A stretch of 64,000 nucleotides of DNA from the NCBI GenBank assembly GCA_951406725.2, contig OX597820.1, forward strand, positions 87,296,001 through 87,360,000, given 5' to 3'. Position 1 is the first letter of the stretch, and each line of letters opens with the position of its first letter. A model generated the notes under the pieces. It saw nothing but the letters and a program-made list of their open reading frames with translations, had not been told where the DNA came from and ran no database searches. This DNA is from Octopus vulgaris (taxonomy: Eukaryota). Shown here piece by piece: positions 24,579 through 36,791 of the stretch. The translations under genes were made by a program, and so were the position numbers.

Positions 24579-25104
24579 TGTGCGTGCACGCGCTTGTGTG
24601 TGTGCATGTGTGTGTGTGTATGTTTGTGTATGTGTGTATTGGTGCAATATTACCGAATGGGTGAGAACTTCGCGATGCAACCACGAGAATCATGGTTCAA
24701 TACACGCACGTGTGGGCATGTGTGTGTGTGCAATATTACCGAATGGTTAAGAACTTCGCAATGTAACCACGAGAATTCTGATTCAGTATACGATCGTGTA
24801 TGCCTGAGTGTGTATGCATGCGCGCGCGTATGTGCATGTGTGTGTGTTTGTGTGTGTTGGTGCAACTAAGAGAATCCGGGTTCAATACCTCTATGTAGCA
24901 TGGCCAAATTTCATTTTCTTAAGTCTCAGATCCATCCAACGTTGTGAGTGAAATTAGCTGGAGGGAAACTACATACAAGCTTCTTGGGTGGATTATACCC
25001 GTACAAGAAAATGTGCAGCTTTATCACACGTTGTATCACGCTTATTTGAGAATTACGTTAAAAGTAGACCTGTCTTTGGAATGCTCTGGCTACTTATACA
25101 TACA

Positions 25105-25485
25105 TGTATATAAAAAATACAAAAATGGGACAAGAACGCAAAACATCTTGACAGTTAGGTGAAACAAACAATGGAAAACAAAATATCCAGACAGACGATA
25201 CAAGGAAAACAAGGACGGATCTTTCGGAGTTTTCTATCATCAGTCGAGTTCCAGATTATCTTTGCAATTTCGGCTGGTTATACTCGAGATTGCTCCAGTC
25301 TGGCCAGCCCCAAAGAAAAATAAGCTAAGAGCATTACATTCCTTGGGAGAAAGCAGCGAATGTATACGAAAACAAAGACGGAAAAAAACAGAAATGTTAC
25401 ACAAATATAAACAACAGGACATAACAACAGGTATATTTCGACTAAGGACGAATTAAATTAAGCTGGCGTGTGTGGAAATAAAGCC

Positions 25486-25486
<1 letters not shown>
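25105..25486 (-). mobile_element. Penelope-like pLTR-type fragment
   Basis: Minus strand CTGATGA..CCGAAAG at 25220-25243; T-rich terminus; lies between TA and TACA tracts. Confidence 0.45.
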
Positions 25487-25516
<30 letters not shown>

Positions 25517-25571
25517 CATACATACATACATACATACATACATACATGCATGCACACATGCAATGTATGTA

Positions 25572-26525
25572 TGTCATTGTTCAGTTTTATTTCAAGATTT
25601 CTCGTCAATAGAGAAAGGGGCGGTTTCTAACCTTGATCCAAGGGTCCTTCACTGGAATTTCAACATCAACAGGGTATTTGTGTATGTATATGCGCAAATT
25701 TGTATGTTTTGTTTTATGTATGCTTCCTCGTGCATTACCAGAGTAGTCCATATTCTGCAAGATCATGTGAACGGAAGAGTGGGGTCTTGCGAGTAGTAGA
25801 AGATGAGCACCTTATATATACTTAAATGTTAAACTCCTGGAAAGTTTTACAGATTTTTACAGTTCCAGTCATGGATTGGAGCTATAAACTTCGAACAATT
25901 TTCTTCTTTCTGGCTTTGAGAAGCCTCGTTTCTGAGAAAGACTGGTATTTAGGTAGTGTATTACATATCCCAGTGCTACAATAATTATATGTATAAACTT
26001 GAGTTTGTAACCTGGATAGAGTAATTGCAAATCTCTCATTAGTTCAGCGTAGGTATTTTCTTTTTCGCTGATCTTTAGCTTTATGTTAACATCTGCTGGG
26101 CAGCTGATTACCACAATTGTACAGTTTCTCTTCCATATCCCAAATCATCATGTCAGGTCTATTATGTTTACATTTTACTGAAGTTTTCACTGGGACATTC
26201 CACCAGTACTCCTCCTCCTCCTTATTATGAATGACTATGGCTTCCACCATACTGTGGGTTCTTATTTCTTTGTACTTTCGGATTGATCTTGTTATACAGT
26301 GTCCTAGCTACAACATCATGTCCCATCAGTAGATAGTATCGTGATGACATTTTCGAACAACTGCTTATGATGTGGATGATATCTTCGGTATTAACTCCAC
26401 AAAGTCTGCACCGGTTGTCACATCTTACTGCTTTTCCTGCATCTCTCTCCCTTTTTGTGCATCAGTTATTAGGTCGATATTTCCTGTTCCTGGAATGAGA
26501 AGCAGACCCTTCAAAGTGGGAGGTT
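25572..26525 (-). mobile_element. 3' part of an RLE-type (R4/Dong-like) LINE flanked by (TATG)n
   Basis: CRLCGVNTEDIIHIISSCSKMSSRYYLLMGHDVV (CCHC), EYWWNVPV, HNRPD, VISCPADVNIKLKISEKENTY; 3' UTR at 25572-25680. Confidence 0.88.
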
Positions 26526-26645
26526 ATGTATGTATGTATGTATGTATGTATGTATGTATGTATGTATGTATGTATGTATGTATGTATGTACGTATGTATG
26601 TATGTATCTATCTATCTATCTATTTATTATATGTGCATGCATGTA

Positions 26646-27790
26646 CAGGGAACCACCAAAAATGTAATTATACTTTTAATAGCTGATAACCCAGTTTACA
26701 TTTCACTTAGGTTTAACCCATTAAAAACAATGAAAGGAGCCAAACGAAGATTTAAACAAAGGATATTTGTTCTTTCAATGTTATTGGATGTCGGAGTGCA
26801 AAGACAGTTTAGGTGAAAGTTTCAAATCACGCCACCTACACTACCTACCACTATTCGAAGTAGAGATAAGTTTCAAACACATGGAACTGTTCGTAATGTT
26901 CACAAGGTAAGTTGTAGAAGGCCATCAACGAATCGCACAGAGGGAGAAAAGTTACAAGAAACGTATTGCTGGAGTTCAAGAAAATGCGTAGGGCACGCAA
27001 GGCGTGAGACGGGAATTTCAGAATTAGTGTTTATTGCATTTTGAAGCGTGTCCTTAGAAAACTTACATTCCCAGAGTAGTCCTTACTCTCCAAGATGATG
27101 TGAACCGAAGAGTGGGGGGTCTTGCGAGTAGTAGAAGAGCATCTTCCAGCAAAGACTGTTTGGATTGATGAGGCTACAAATGACTCAACCGCCACCAACT
27201 AGGGACCTGAGAATCTGCATATTACGGAGGAATATCATGTTAATTTACCAGGGGCTACAATGTGTAGGGAAAAACAGGCTCATTTTTCATTTTTTGGCAG
27301 TATGGTGAGTGGTTACACTTCCTTGAACATTCTGCAATAATTTGACATACAAAGCGTTCAAGAGAACTGAAAATGTAGAATTTTCCTTTCCATGATATTG
27401 CCGTAGTCAATGTAAGAGCCTAGGCTGATGAGATTTTGTCCAGCAGGTAAATTGGACGAAGATTCAGTAGAATACCTTCCACGTTTACCTAACCTCATAC
27501 CACTAGGCTTTTATGAGGGTTCTTAGAATATAAAGTTAACGTGCCAAAATTGGCAGCAATACATGAATTGAGGTGTTGCCATAGAACGAGAATGCGCACA
27601 AATGCCGGAACGAAATGTTTTTAAATATTTTCGATTGCTTCGAATTATTAGGAGTGCCTCGACGAGAACGGTCATTAGTTTTCAAATAGGCATTTGTAGA
27701 TTCTATTAAATTTTGAAAATGAACTGTATTCTAATAAACAGTAAGTATATAATCACTCAATGCATCTAAATATTTTTAAGGACACCTCGA
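26646..27790 (+). mobile_element. Decayed Tc1/mariner-superfamily transposon (DUF4817-type N-terminus)
   Basis: Starts TA-CAGGG; QRIFV..VQRQFR..KFQTHGTV; DDVNRRV; WIDEAT; relic of WPPRSPDLTPLDF near 27470-27510. Confidence 0.7.
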
Positions 27791-28197
27791 CTATTGCGAT
27801 AGGTGAAAATCCACAAAGCAAAAACAATGCTGAACTGCATATTTTTTTTATTTATTTTTATAATTTGTATATATATATTTTTTATTTCCCACGCTCTTAT
27901 ATATATATGCCCCGACCCCAAACCCGGCATCTCCATCATTCTCCCACTAGCAGAACTCGTCCTCACCTTCATATTTACTCAGATACTGATATATCAGTTA
28001 CTGATATATTTACTCAGATACTGATTTATTCACATTTATTTCTTTATTAGTACTAATTTTTATTTTTTCATTATTTACTTGTATTATATGTATTATTTAT
28101 TTTTATTTTTCATAATTTTTATTTTTCACTATTTATTTCTATTATTTTTTTTAGCTTTTATATTCCTATATCACACACCAGAAACACACGACACACG

Positions 28198-28229
<32 letters not shown>

Positions 28230-28884
28230 TTGAACGCACATATACCTCCACACGCAACCCACCACACATACAACGCACACATATACACGCACCCACACAC
28301 ATGACCATACGCGCGCGCGCACACACACACACATACACATGAACATACACATGAACACACACATTAACGCACATATACTTCCACACACACAATACTCAAC
28401 ACGCACAGTCCCTCTCCACTTGGAGCTCTGTTTCAACCTAGAATACTACCTAAAAGACTGAAAGGAACTAGAAATGTAACTCGCATTGTCGACATGCACA
28501 AACATTCTATCCTATTTCTGAAAGAACCCTAAAAAAGATTCCTGAGATTTGAGGAGACTTCTTCTCAACTGCTAATTCAATTACCATGTACTAGCAAAAT
28601 AATAATAATCATCCTTTCTACCAAAGGCCTGAAATTTGGGGGTATGGGGCCAGTCAATTAGATCGACCTCAGTACGCAACTGGTACTTAATTTATCGACT
28701 TAGAAAATATGAAAGGCAAAGTTGACCTCGGCAGAATTTGAAATCAGAACGTAAAGACAGAGGAAATTCACTATTTATTTCTATTATTTTTTTAGCTTTT
28801 ATATTCCTATACCACACACCAGAAACACACGGCACACGACACACATAGAATTTAGAGCTAGCATTGATAGTTACGATGTTTCGT

Positions 28885-29311
28885 ATATTTCTTATTTCTT
28901 TATTGCACACAAGGGGCTAAACACAGAGGGGACAAACAAGGACAGACAAACGGATTAAGTCGATCATATCGACCCCAGTGCGTAACTAGTACTTATTTAT
29001 TCGACCCTGAAAGGATGAAAGGCAAAGTTCGACCTCGGCGGAATTTGAACTCAGAACGTAACAGCAGACGAAATACCTATTTCTTTACTACCCGCAGGGG
29101 GCTAAACACTGAGAGGACAAACAAGGACAGACAAACGGATTAAGTCGATTATATCGACCCCAGTGCGTAACTGCTACTTATTTAATCGAACCCGAAAGGA
29201 TGAAAGGCAAAGTTCGACCTCGGCGGAATTTGAACTCAGAACGTGACAGCAGACGAAATACCGCTAAGCATTTCGCCCGGCATACTAACGATTCTGCCAG
29301 CTCTCCGCCTT
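28885..29311 (-). mobile_element. SINE family B with two tandem body units
   Basis: Unit 29078-29262 is repeated at ~28890-29077; head at ~29265-29311; a further fragment lies at 28610-28762. Confidence 0.9.
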
Positions 29312-29312
29312 T

Positions 29313-29373
<61 letters not shown>

Positions 29374-30102
29374 CAACAACATTGACTGTGATTTATTATA
29401 GTTTATTTTATTCTTTTGTGGATATGTTCATTGACTGATGCAAAAAAGATAAAACAAAAACAAATAAACTTCATTTTATAATTGAAAAGTAATTTATCAA
29501 CGAATATCATATTATATTCAGGTGACCAGGCTGAATTTCTAATTCGGCAGAAAAATATATTTAATTAAATTTATCGTGTCGAAATTTATTTAAATTATAT
29601 AAATTAACTAGGTTTTTGTTGTTACTTTGTGTTGTTTATTCTAGTCTGAGCTTTCGCTACAAATAAATAAATAACGTTCCTGCTTTTCAACATCATTAAC
29701 GTTTACTTCTACTATTCCTCTTCAACGTTCCACTCAATGACGTCATCCACATGCAAGCTAGACATCTCACGATTAACCGCCTCGGATTCTAAGAACGGAG
29801 ACCTCGAAAACATTCGTGAGTAAAAGGGTGATATTTCATCCGGAGATGTTTGTTTATATATCCCTGATAATGATTACAAAATACACTACACAGAAAATCT
29901 AGTGATCTACACCATATATCAAAACGTTTATTTTTCCTGTATAATAATTTGCCGAGTAAACTATAAGAATGTGTACGTTTAAATTGCTTTAATCAACAAC
30001 TTGATGCAGTTATAGAGTATTTGAGCAAAATTTGACAATTTGCATAAAAAGAAAAGTAAATACAATATCCGATTCAAAATAAAAGTTGTTTTTTTAATCA
30101 AA

Positions 30103-30545
30103 AGGCGTAGGAGTGGCTGTGTGGTAAGTAGCTTGCTTACCATCCACATGGTTCCGGGTTCAGTTTCACTGCGTGACACCTTGAGCAAGTGTCTTCTATT
30201 ATAGCCTCGAGCCGACCAAAGCCTTGTGAGTGGATTTGGTAGACGGAAACTGAAAGAAGCCCGTCGTATATATGTATGTGTATATATATATATATATATA
30301 TACATACATACATACATACATATATGCGTGTGTATATGTTTGTGTGTCTGTATGTGTACCCCCAACATCGCTTGACAACCGATGCTGATGTGTTTACGTT
30401 CCCGTAACTTAGCGGTTCGGCCAAATAGAATAAGTACTAGGCTTACAAAGAATAAGTCCTGGAGTCGATTTGGTCGACTAAAGGCGGTGCTCCAGCATGA
30501 CCACAGTCACATGACTGAAACAAGTAAAAGAGAGAAAGAGAGAGA
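30103..30545 (+). mobile_element. SINE family A, full length
   Basis: Head GGCGTAGGAGTGGCTGTGTGGTAAG; internal microsatellite; tail ..CAGTCACATGACTGAAACAAGTAAAAGAG. Confidence 0.93.
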
Positions 30546-30559
30546 CATCAACTAGATTA

Positions 30560-31230
30560 TGGCTGAGAAATGACAGTTTACTCACAGTAGCCGCCCTCAA
30601 CTTCTACCACAGCCGCAAGACGGCCCCGCAACCTGGGCGTGCGTTTCTCGATGTGTCTCCAAGATCTTCAAACAGCTTCTTTGATCTTAGCCACAAGCTC
30701 GACCTTGGTTGTTGAAGGCAGAGCAGTTGATGTATTTCTCAACCGTGCCCCACACATAGTTATCTATGGGATAACAATAAGAGGAGTTTAAAGACCAAAA
30801 ATTGGGGCTGATGAAGTCGGAGAAGTTTTCCAACAACCACTTCTAACTCTTTCTGGCGGTATGGCAAAGAACCGAGCCCTGCTGTCACACGTATGAACTT
30901 CCAGCACCGACCCACTCCAGCCAGTGTTTCAACAGCCTTTAGCAGCTTCACATAGCCATACGAATTGAGCCCAAAACTCTATTCGAAGATGTAAGTATGA
31001 ATTTTGGTGTGTGGGTGCAGTTAAAACGCCATTATGCCGGTATTTTGATACCTGGCGCGCATCATCATGATGCAGGTAACTCTTTTTTCAATATTTGGAT
31101 GGCTTCCAGCATACATGTTAGCTAACTTTACATTCATCAACTTTGCCGTTAACTGGTCACCAATACTCCAAGCTATTCCTGAAAAAAAAGCGACATAAAA
31201 ATCCTCAAATTTAGCCCGATCAACCTGTAA
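30560..31230 (-). mobile_element. Decayed DD37D/maT-like Tc1/mariner fragment
   Basis: FWSLNSSYCYPIDNYVWGTVEK..KVELVAKIK..RGRLAAVVEVEGGYCE* (relic of WPPNSPDLNPMDYYVW); upstream LLKAVET. Confidence 0.7.
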
Positions 31231-32029
31231 ATAAAACCTATTTTTTTATCAATCGAAATTTGTTTTCTTTTTTTTTATTATCCAAAGTAAACGGACAGCT
31301 TTAAAAAATGTAACCATATCATCACGTAACACCAGATGTAATCATGCAAATAGGAAATAACCAAAATCCTTTCGCTACATTTTAAGAAGAAAATCTTTGC
31401 TTACACTTTCTATTATTCCCGCCTCCGCAATTCTCAACAAATTTTGAGACACTAATCGCTTCTCTAAGAAATATTCTTGTGGAAATTATTAATATTCTCA
31501 GAGCTATTTACCATTATCATTTGTTCAGTGTTTATCGATTCAATCAAAGTAATCTTCATTATAAATGTCTTTATTTTCTTTATCACTCATCATTTTACCA
31601 GCTTTTTCTCTCTTGCTACTGCCTCTGTTTCACTGACCTTTCCTAATACCTTTAAGAAGGAAGGGCAACATCACTGGCGTCTTTGGAATTTCCGAGATTA
31701 GTAGGCGGAAAAGGAAACATTTTCCTCAGACCGGAAACACCACTGGAGGCAATCATGAAACAGGTGGTAATGTTAAACCAGGTGACCAAATGAAATCTGC
31801 TATCCAAAACAAGAAGTCTCCACAGAGTTTCTGACAACCAAATTTCACATTCAAAGCATTAGTAGAAACTATGGTAAATTATAATACCTTCTCAAAGTTC
31901 TGCGTGATGGAATCGAACCGGTGATCACGTAATCGCCAGTCCAATCTAACTCTGTACATGCTGCCTTTAGAGTGACTACAAGGGTGCATGAGTTTGGTGT
32001 CAGCGACAAATCTAAAGTGCATGAGTTCG

Positions 32030-33250
32030 GTGTTAGCATATGTGTACGATGTACCGTAATAATGTCGGACACCAAACACATCGAGGTGATCGGTTCTGGT
32101 CTTATGGAATACGAGGAGTTAACAAGAATAAGAATTAAGCAGAAGTTTTGGGGACTGCACCTTGGTACTTGTAGATGCAAGACTATGTCATCGAACAGTG
32201 TCGTGGAGCGCTGGATGGGCGGATAGATTAAATTGCTCGGGATTTAGTCCAGATCTTCAGATGGACACGAACTAGGAAATGATGACAAACAGGGTGGCTA
32301 ATCTCACTGAGAGGTAACTATTTTTGAAGGTTCTGACCGAAGTTGCGAATGCTTACATCGCATCTATCATTTACTACTGCCTGACCGACATACGTTTCCC
32401 AGCTTCATACATAGCCAGAATGGAATGCTTGCTCTTCCGCTTTCTGGATGGGGGAAGACGTGTTCCACTAGTCAGACGGTTCATTTCCTGACAACATCCC
32501 CTGCGTGTAGAACTTAGCATGCCGTGGCTAATGATGAGCAGGTATGTGCTAAGGTCATGAAATCTCCATCAATTCTTTGGCGGTGAGGTGGACGAGACCT
32601 ACATTTCTGCAGTTCGTCTCTATGAAAGAGCTGCAGTCCTGGAACAAGTGTAGACCGAAGCAAGATATCTGGCATTTTGTGTACCGTCAGGTGCTCACAG
32701 CTTTCAACTTGTTGGGAAATGCGATCGTTGGATGTTCCAATATGGTTTATGAAGGATTAGTGATGGGTAAGAGCGACGACCTCCTCAGGGAATCTATAGA
32801 CATTGATGAAAGTCAGCTGGCTGATCTTTTCCAGAGTACTTTCGGATGGAGAGCATAGATATTTTCCGTAAATCTCTAGCATTACATCGCTACTAGGATG
32901 GGAGGAGGGCATTGCTGGTTTGGAATAAACTCTACCGACATGGTAGTACCCTTATTCGCGTCTGCCCGAGGTACGTGTAGAGCGATAAAATCATCTTGCA
33001 CATGCTCGTATAATGTTCTGGAGACAGACACTTTCCTTTTCCGCCAAGCCCTCATCGACTTTTTCAAGCCCAACTTTGTAAGAAATATTAAGGTGGGCAG
33101 GAAGATGCTAATCCTCATTCCCTACCGTAAATTAATTGGGAGGTGGGCGATTGTAGCGACAATGGCTCTAGTGAATGGACCAACTCTACGTATGTACCTG
33201 TAAACTGAAAATGGACCATTTACCATGGTACTACTGATGATCAGGGTGCC
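32030..33250 (+). mobile_element. Decayed Tx1/L1-clade LINE ORF2 3' half
   Basis: AYVYD..VIMSD..YEELT..LHLGT..IKLLGI (RT domains 5-7); EVANAYIASIIYY..LLFRFL..VPLVRR..QHPL..MPWL; DKLYRHG..CPR..IILH (zf-RVT-like). Confidence 0.8.
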
Positions 33251-33464
33251 TTGGGATCTGTGTTGTTCTTTCGTTGACGCTGTGTAATAACAATGGTAAC
33301 AACACGACTCAAACAGCTGAATATCACTTGGGGATTTGCAATTTTTATGATTTTCTTGTTACCGCTATCATTTTTGCTGTTAGTGCTATCACTGACTTTT
33401 TTTCGATTTTATGTAAATCCTCGCTGTCGTTGTTTATTATGCTGTTTCAAATGTTTTTTTCCGC

Positions 33465-33675
33465 CCTAGTGTGGCAGAATCGTTCGCAAGCTGAGCAAAA
33501 TGCTTTGCAGCATTTCGTCCGTCCTTACGTTCTGACTTCAAATTCTGTTGAGGTCGACTTTGCGTTTCATAATTTCAGAGTCGATAAAATAAGTACCAGT
33601 TGAACACTGGGGGCGATTTTAGAAAATTAACTCCTCCTCCGATTTTTCTGGCCTTGTTCCAAAATTTCAAGCCAT
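33465..33675 (+). mobile_element. SINE family B
   Basis: TGGCAGAATCGTT head; GTCGACTTTGCG..GTCGATAAAATAAGTACCAG. Confidence 0.8.
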
Positions 33676-33757
33676 TAATGTTGTTGTTGTTGTTATAATT
33701 TTATATAATAACACCAGTATAGGTACAGTCTTGTGGCTGAAACGCATAAAAAAAAAA

Positions 33758-33849
<92 letters not shown>

Positions 33850-33884
33850 TGTATGTATGTATGTATGTATACACATGTGAGCGC

Positions 33885-34185
33885 ATAAGTGCAAATCAAA
33901 GACAAAGTGGAAAAAATAGTACTCGAATAACAAAGGCAGAATAATGTAACTTTTATGAAAGCTGCAAAGTTATCACAGAATTGTTACTCGGTTTCACGAG
34001 AACCTGCAACTCAGAGATAATTATGCAGCTTTAAGGAGTAGATAGACAGCCGACAACTGATGAAGGGTCGTTCTTTCTGTTATTTGTCCTGTTTTCTATG
34101 TTTTTCCTCTCGTCGTTTGCATATTTAACTCGTTTGTTTTCGTATTTCGTGTTGTTTACAGTTAGTGACGTCCTGTAATCATATA
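33885..34185. mobile_element. Penelope-like pLTR-type fragments between (TA)n tracts
   Basis: CTGATGAAGGG at ~34057 and T-rich terminus; layout like the other pLTR relics; no complete ribozyme. Confidence 0.3.
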
Positions 34186-34230
<45 letters not shown>

Positions 34231-34250
34231 ATATATGTGTGTGTGTGTGT

Positions 34251-34446
34251 AGGGGAAGGTTCACGGAAAAAACAAAAGACGAAGACAGGTGGTGTAGAAA
34301 ACAAACAGATGTATTAGTATAACGCTCAGGAATTGAAAAAGTCTTTTACGTTTCGAGCCTACGCTTTTCTACAGAAAGGAACACAGAAAAAAACAAGGAA
34401 ACAAGGAGAGAAAAAAATGTGTGTAGTGGCTACCGATCTATCATTT
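34251..34446 (-). mobile_element. Short Penelope-like pLTR element with hammerhead-like motif
   Basis: Homologous to 47015-47242 (+) and 40308-40400; motif at 34343-34378. Confidence 0.7.
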
Positions 34447-34729
<283 letters not shown>

Positions 34730-35214
34730 TTATATATCTTATATATATCTTTTTTATTAATTTACCTGTACGGCTTGTGTTCGCAGCCACCAGCGATGGT
34801 ATCTTTTAAAAATACTATCGCTCTCATATTTTCTTATGAATAATTTCGTTTGTTTAAATGGTGTTTGATTAGTTCAAATTAATTTACAGGCATGGTGGGG
34901 GAAAGTTTTAGTAGTCGTCCTTGACGGATTTGGCAGAGGCGAATTAAGCACACTTTGGTGCCAAATTCGAAATCAGGATATCAAGTTAACCAGCATTCCT
35001 CTTGCAGAACTGGCAGGGGTAGGGTTGATTTGTTGTTCACTGAAATTTTTCCTATCCTGCCTGTTTTAATTTTGATTAATTTTGTCACTCTTCCGTGGCA
35101 TAGAAATATTTTGACTTGTATTTTTTGCGATGCAGCTGTTCATGTAGTACTCTTGTATGTTTGTGTGTGTGTGTATATATATATATATATACATACATAC
35201 ATATATATATATAC

Positions 35215-35297
<83 letters not shown>

Positions 35298-35461
35298 CAT
35301 ACAGGTGCACATTATTCATACATATTCACGCACACACGCACACACAGATGTACTTAGACACACTCACACACTCCAAGTTTAGCGCAATGTATCATCAGTG
35401 TCTAAGTCAAGGAAATACCACCACTTGAAGATGGGTGAGAAAAAAACTTGGAATATATTGT

Positions 35462-35852
35462 AGGCGCAGGCGTGGCTGTGTGGTAAGAAGCTTGCTTCTC
35501 AACCACATGGTTCCCAGCCACATGATTCTTTGCGCAAGTGTCTTCCACTATACCCGCGGGCCGTCCAAAACCTTATGAGTGGATTTGGTAGACGGAGACT
35601 GAAAAAGACTGTCGTATATATGTGTATATATCTATCTATGTGTGTGCATTTGTGTCTGTGTTTGTCACCCCACCAACTCTTGACGGTGTGTTTACGTCCC
35701 CGTAACTTAGCGGTTCGGCAAAAGGCACCGATAGAATAAGTACTAGGCTTACAAAAATTAAATCCTGGGGTCGATTTTTTCGACTAAAACCCTTTAAGGC
35801 GATGCTCCAGCGTGGCCGCAGTCTAATGACTGAACTGAAACAAGTAACAGAG
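35462..35852 (+). mobile_element. SINE family A, full length
   Basis: Head AGGCGCAGGCGTGGCTGTGTGGTAAG; tail GGCGATGCTCCAGCGTGGCCGCAGTCTAATGACTGAA. Confidence 0.9.
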
Positions 35853-36674
35853 ACAGAGGATCAAGTTCCGAGTTGGGAGAAAATAGTTGTTCAGTGTTTG
35901 ATAGTGTTTAGCTGTAAAAAATTACAAGCCATAACTGCCAAAATAAGCATTATTGGGCGTGGTGGGTGTGAGATCAAATGTGGAAGAAGAAAGAGATACA
36001 GTTAGTAAGAGTCTGTTTGTACTGTATACGCCTACACGAACCATCACTCATCACAGCAACCAGAATAAAAAGTTTTAAATAGTAAATACATGAAAAAGAG
36101 GAAGGCCATCTACGAGAAAGAGAAACCTTTATTAATATATGAGGGTTAGGATGCTTTTGGGAGTAAAAATGAGATGTGTTACTCTGTATATGTGGGTGAA
36201 AGCAGGGCCTTGGTTATAAAATCGTTCCACAAGTGGAGAAGAGATTAAAGGAATTGCTCGATAAGCTACGGAATTGCTCGATAAGCTACGGATTTGAAAA
36301 GTATTTAGGTGTTGTTCCAGACATTAGTGAGGCCTTTATGGCAACGATCATACGTTCGGCATAGTTGTTTTCTTCCTCACGTATCTTTAAGATTGAGTTA
36401 ACATTTCCTGGTAAACATCTATGCATACTTTCTTTTCTCCGTCCCATAAAATATATCAGGTGTATCATGCTTGCATTTTATCTAAGACATTCCTCCCTTA
36501 CTCTTTCATACTGTGTTTAATTATTCGTTCCACATCATCGTATCTTCTTATAATTTATATCCTCAGTTTTAACCCATGGATTTTGTGGTATAAATGATGT
36601 TCTTCCCACAATACTATATCTCATAAATGTATGTTTTTATGTATGCATGTATATATAACTCCACCCATCTTTTA

Positions 36675-36733
<59 letters not shown>

Positions 36734-36791
36734 AGTGTCTGTGTGTGTGTGTCCCTGCATGTATGTGTGTGTGTTTATAAATATGTATATA

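Noticed and set aside
25211-25250. Functional hammerhead (CTGATGA..GAAA on the minus strand)
   Set aside because: Core boxes are present but I cannot build stem I or II or place an NUH triplet consistently; kept only as pLTR-relic evidence.
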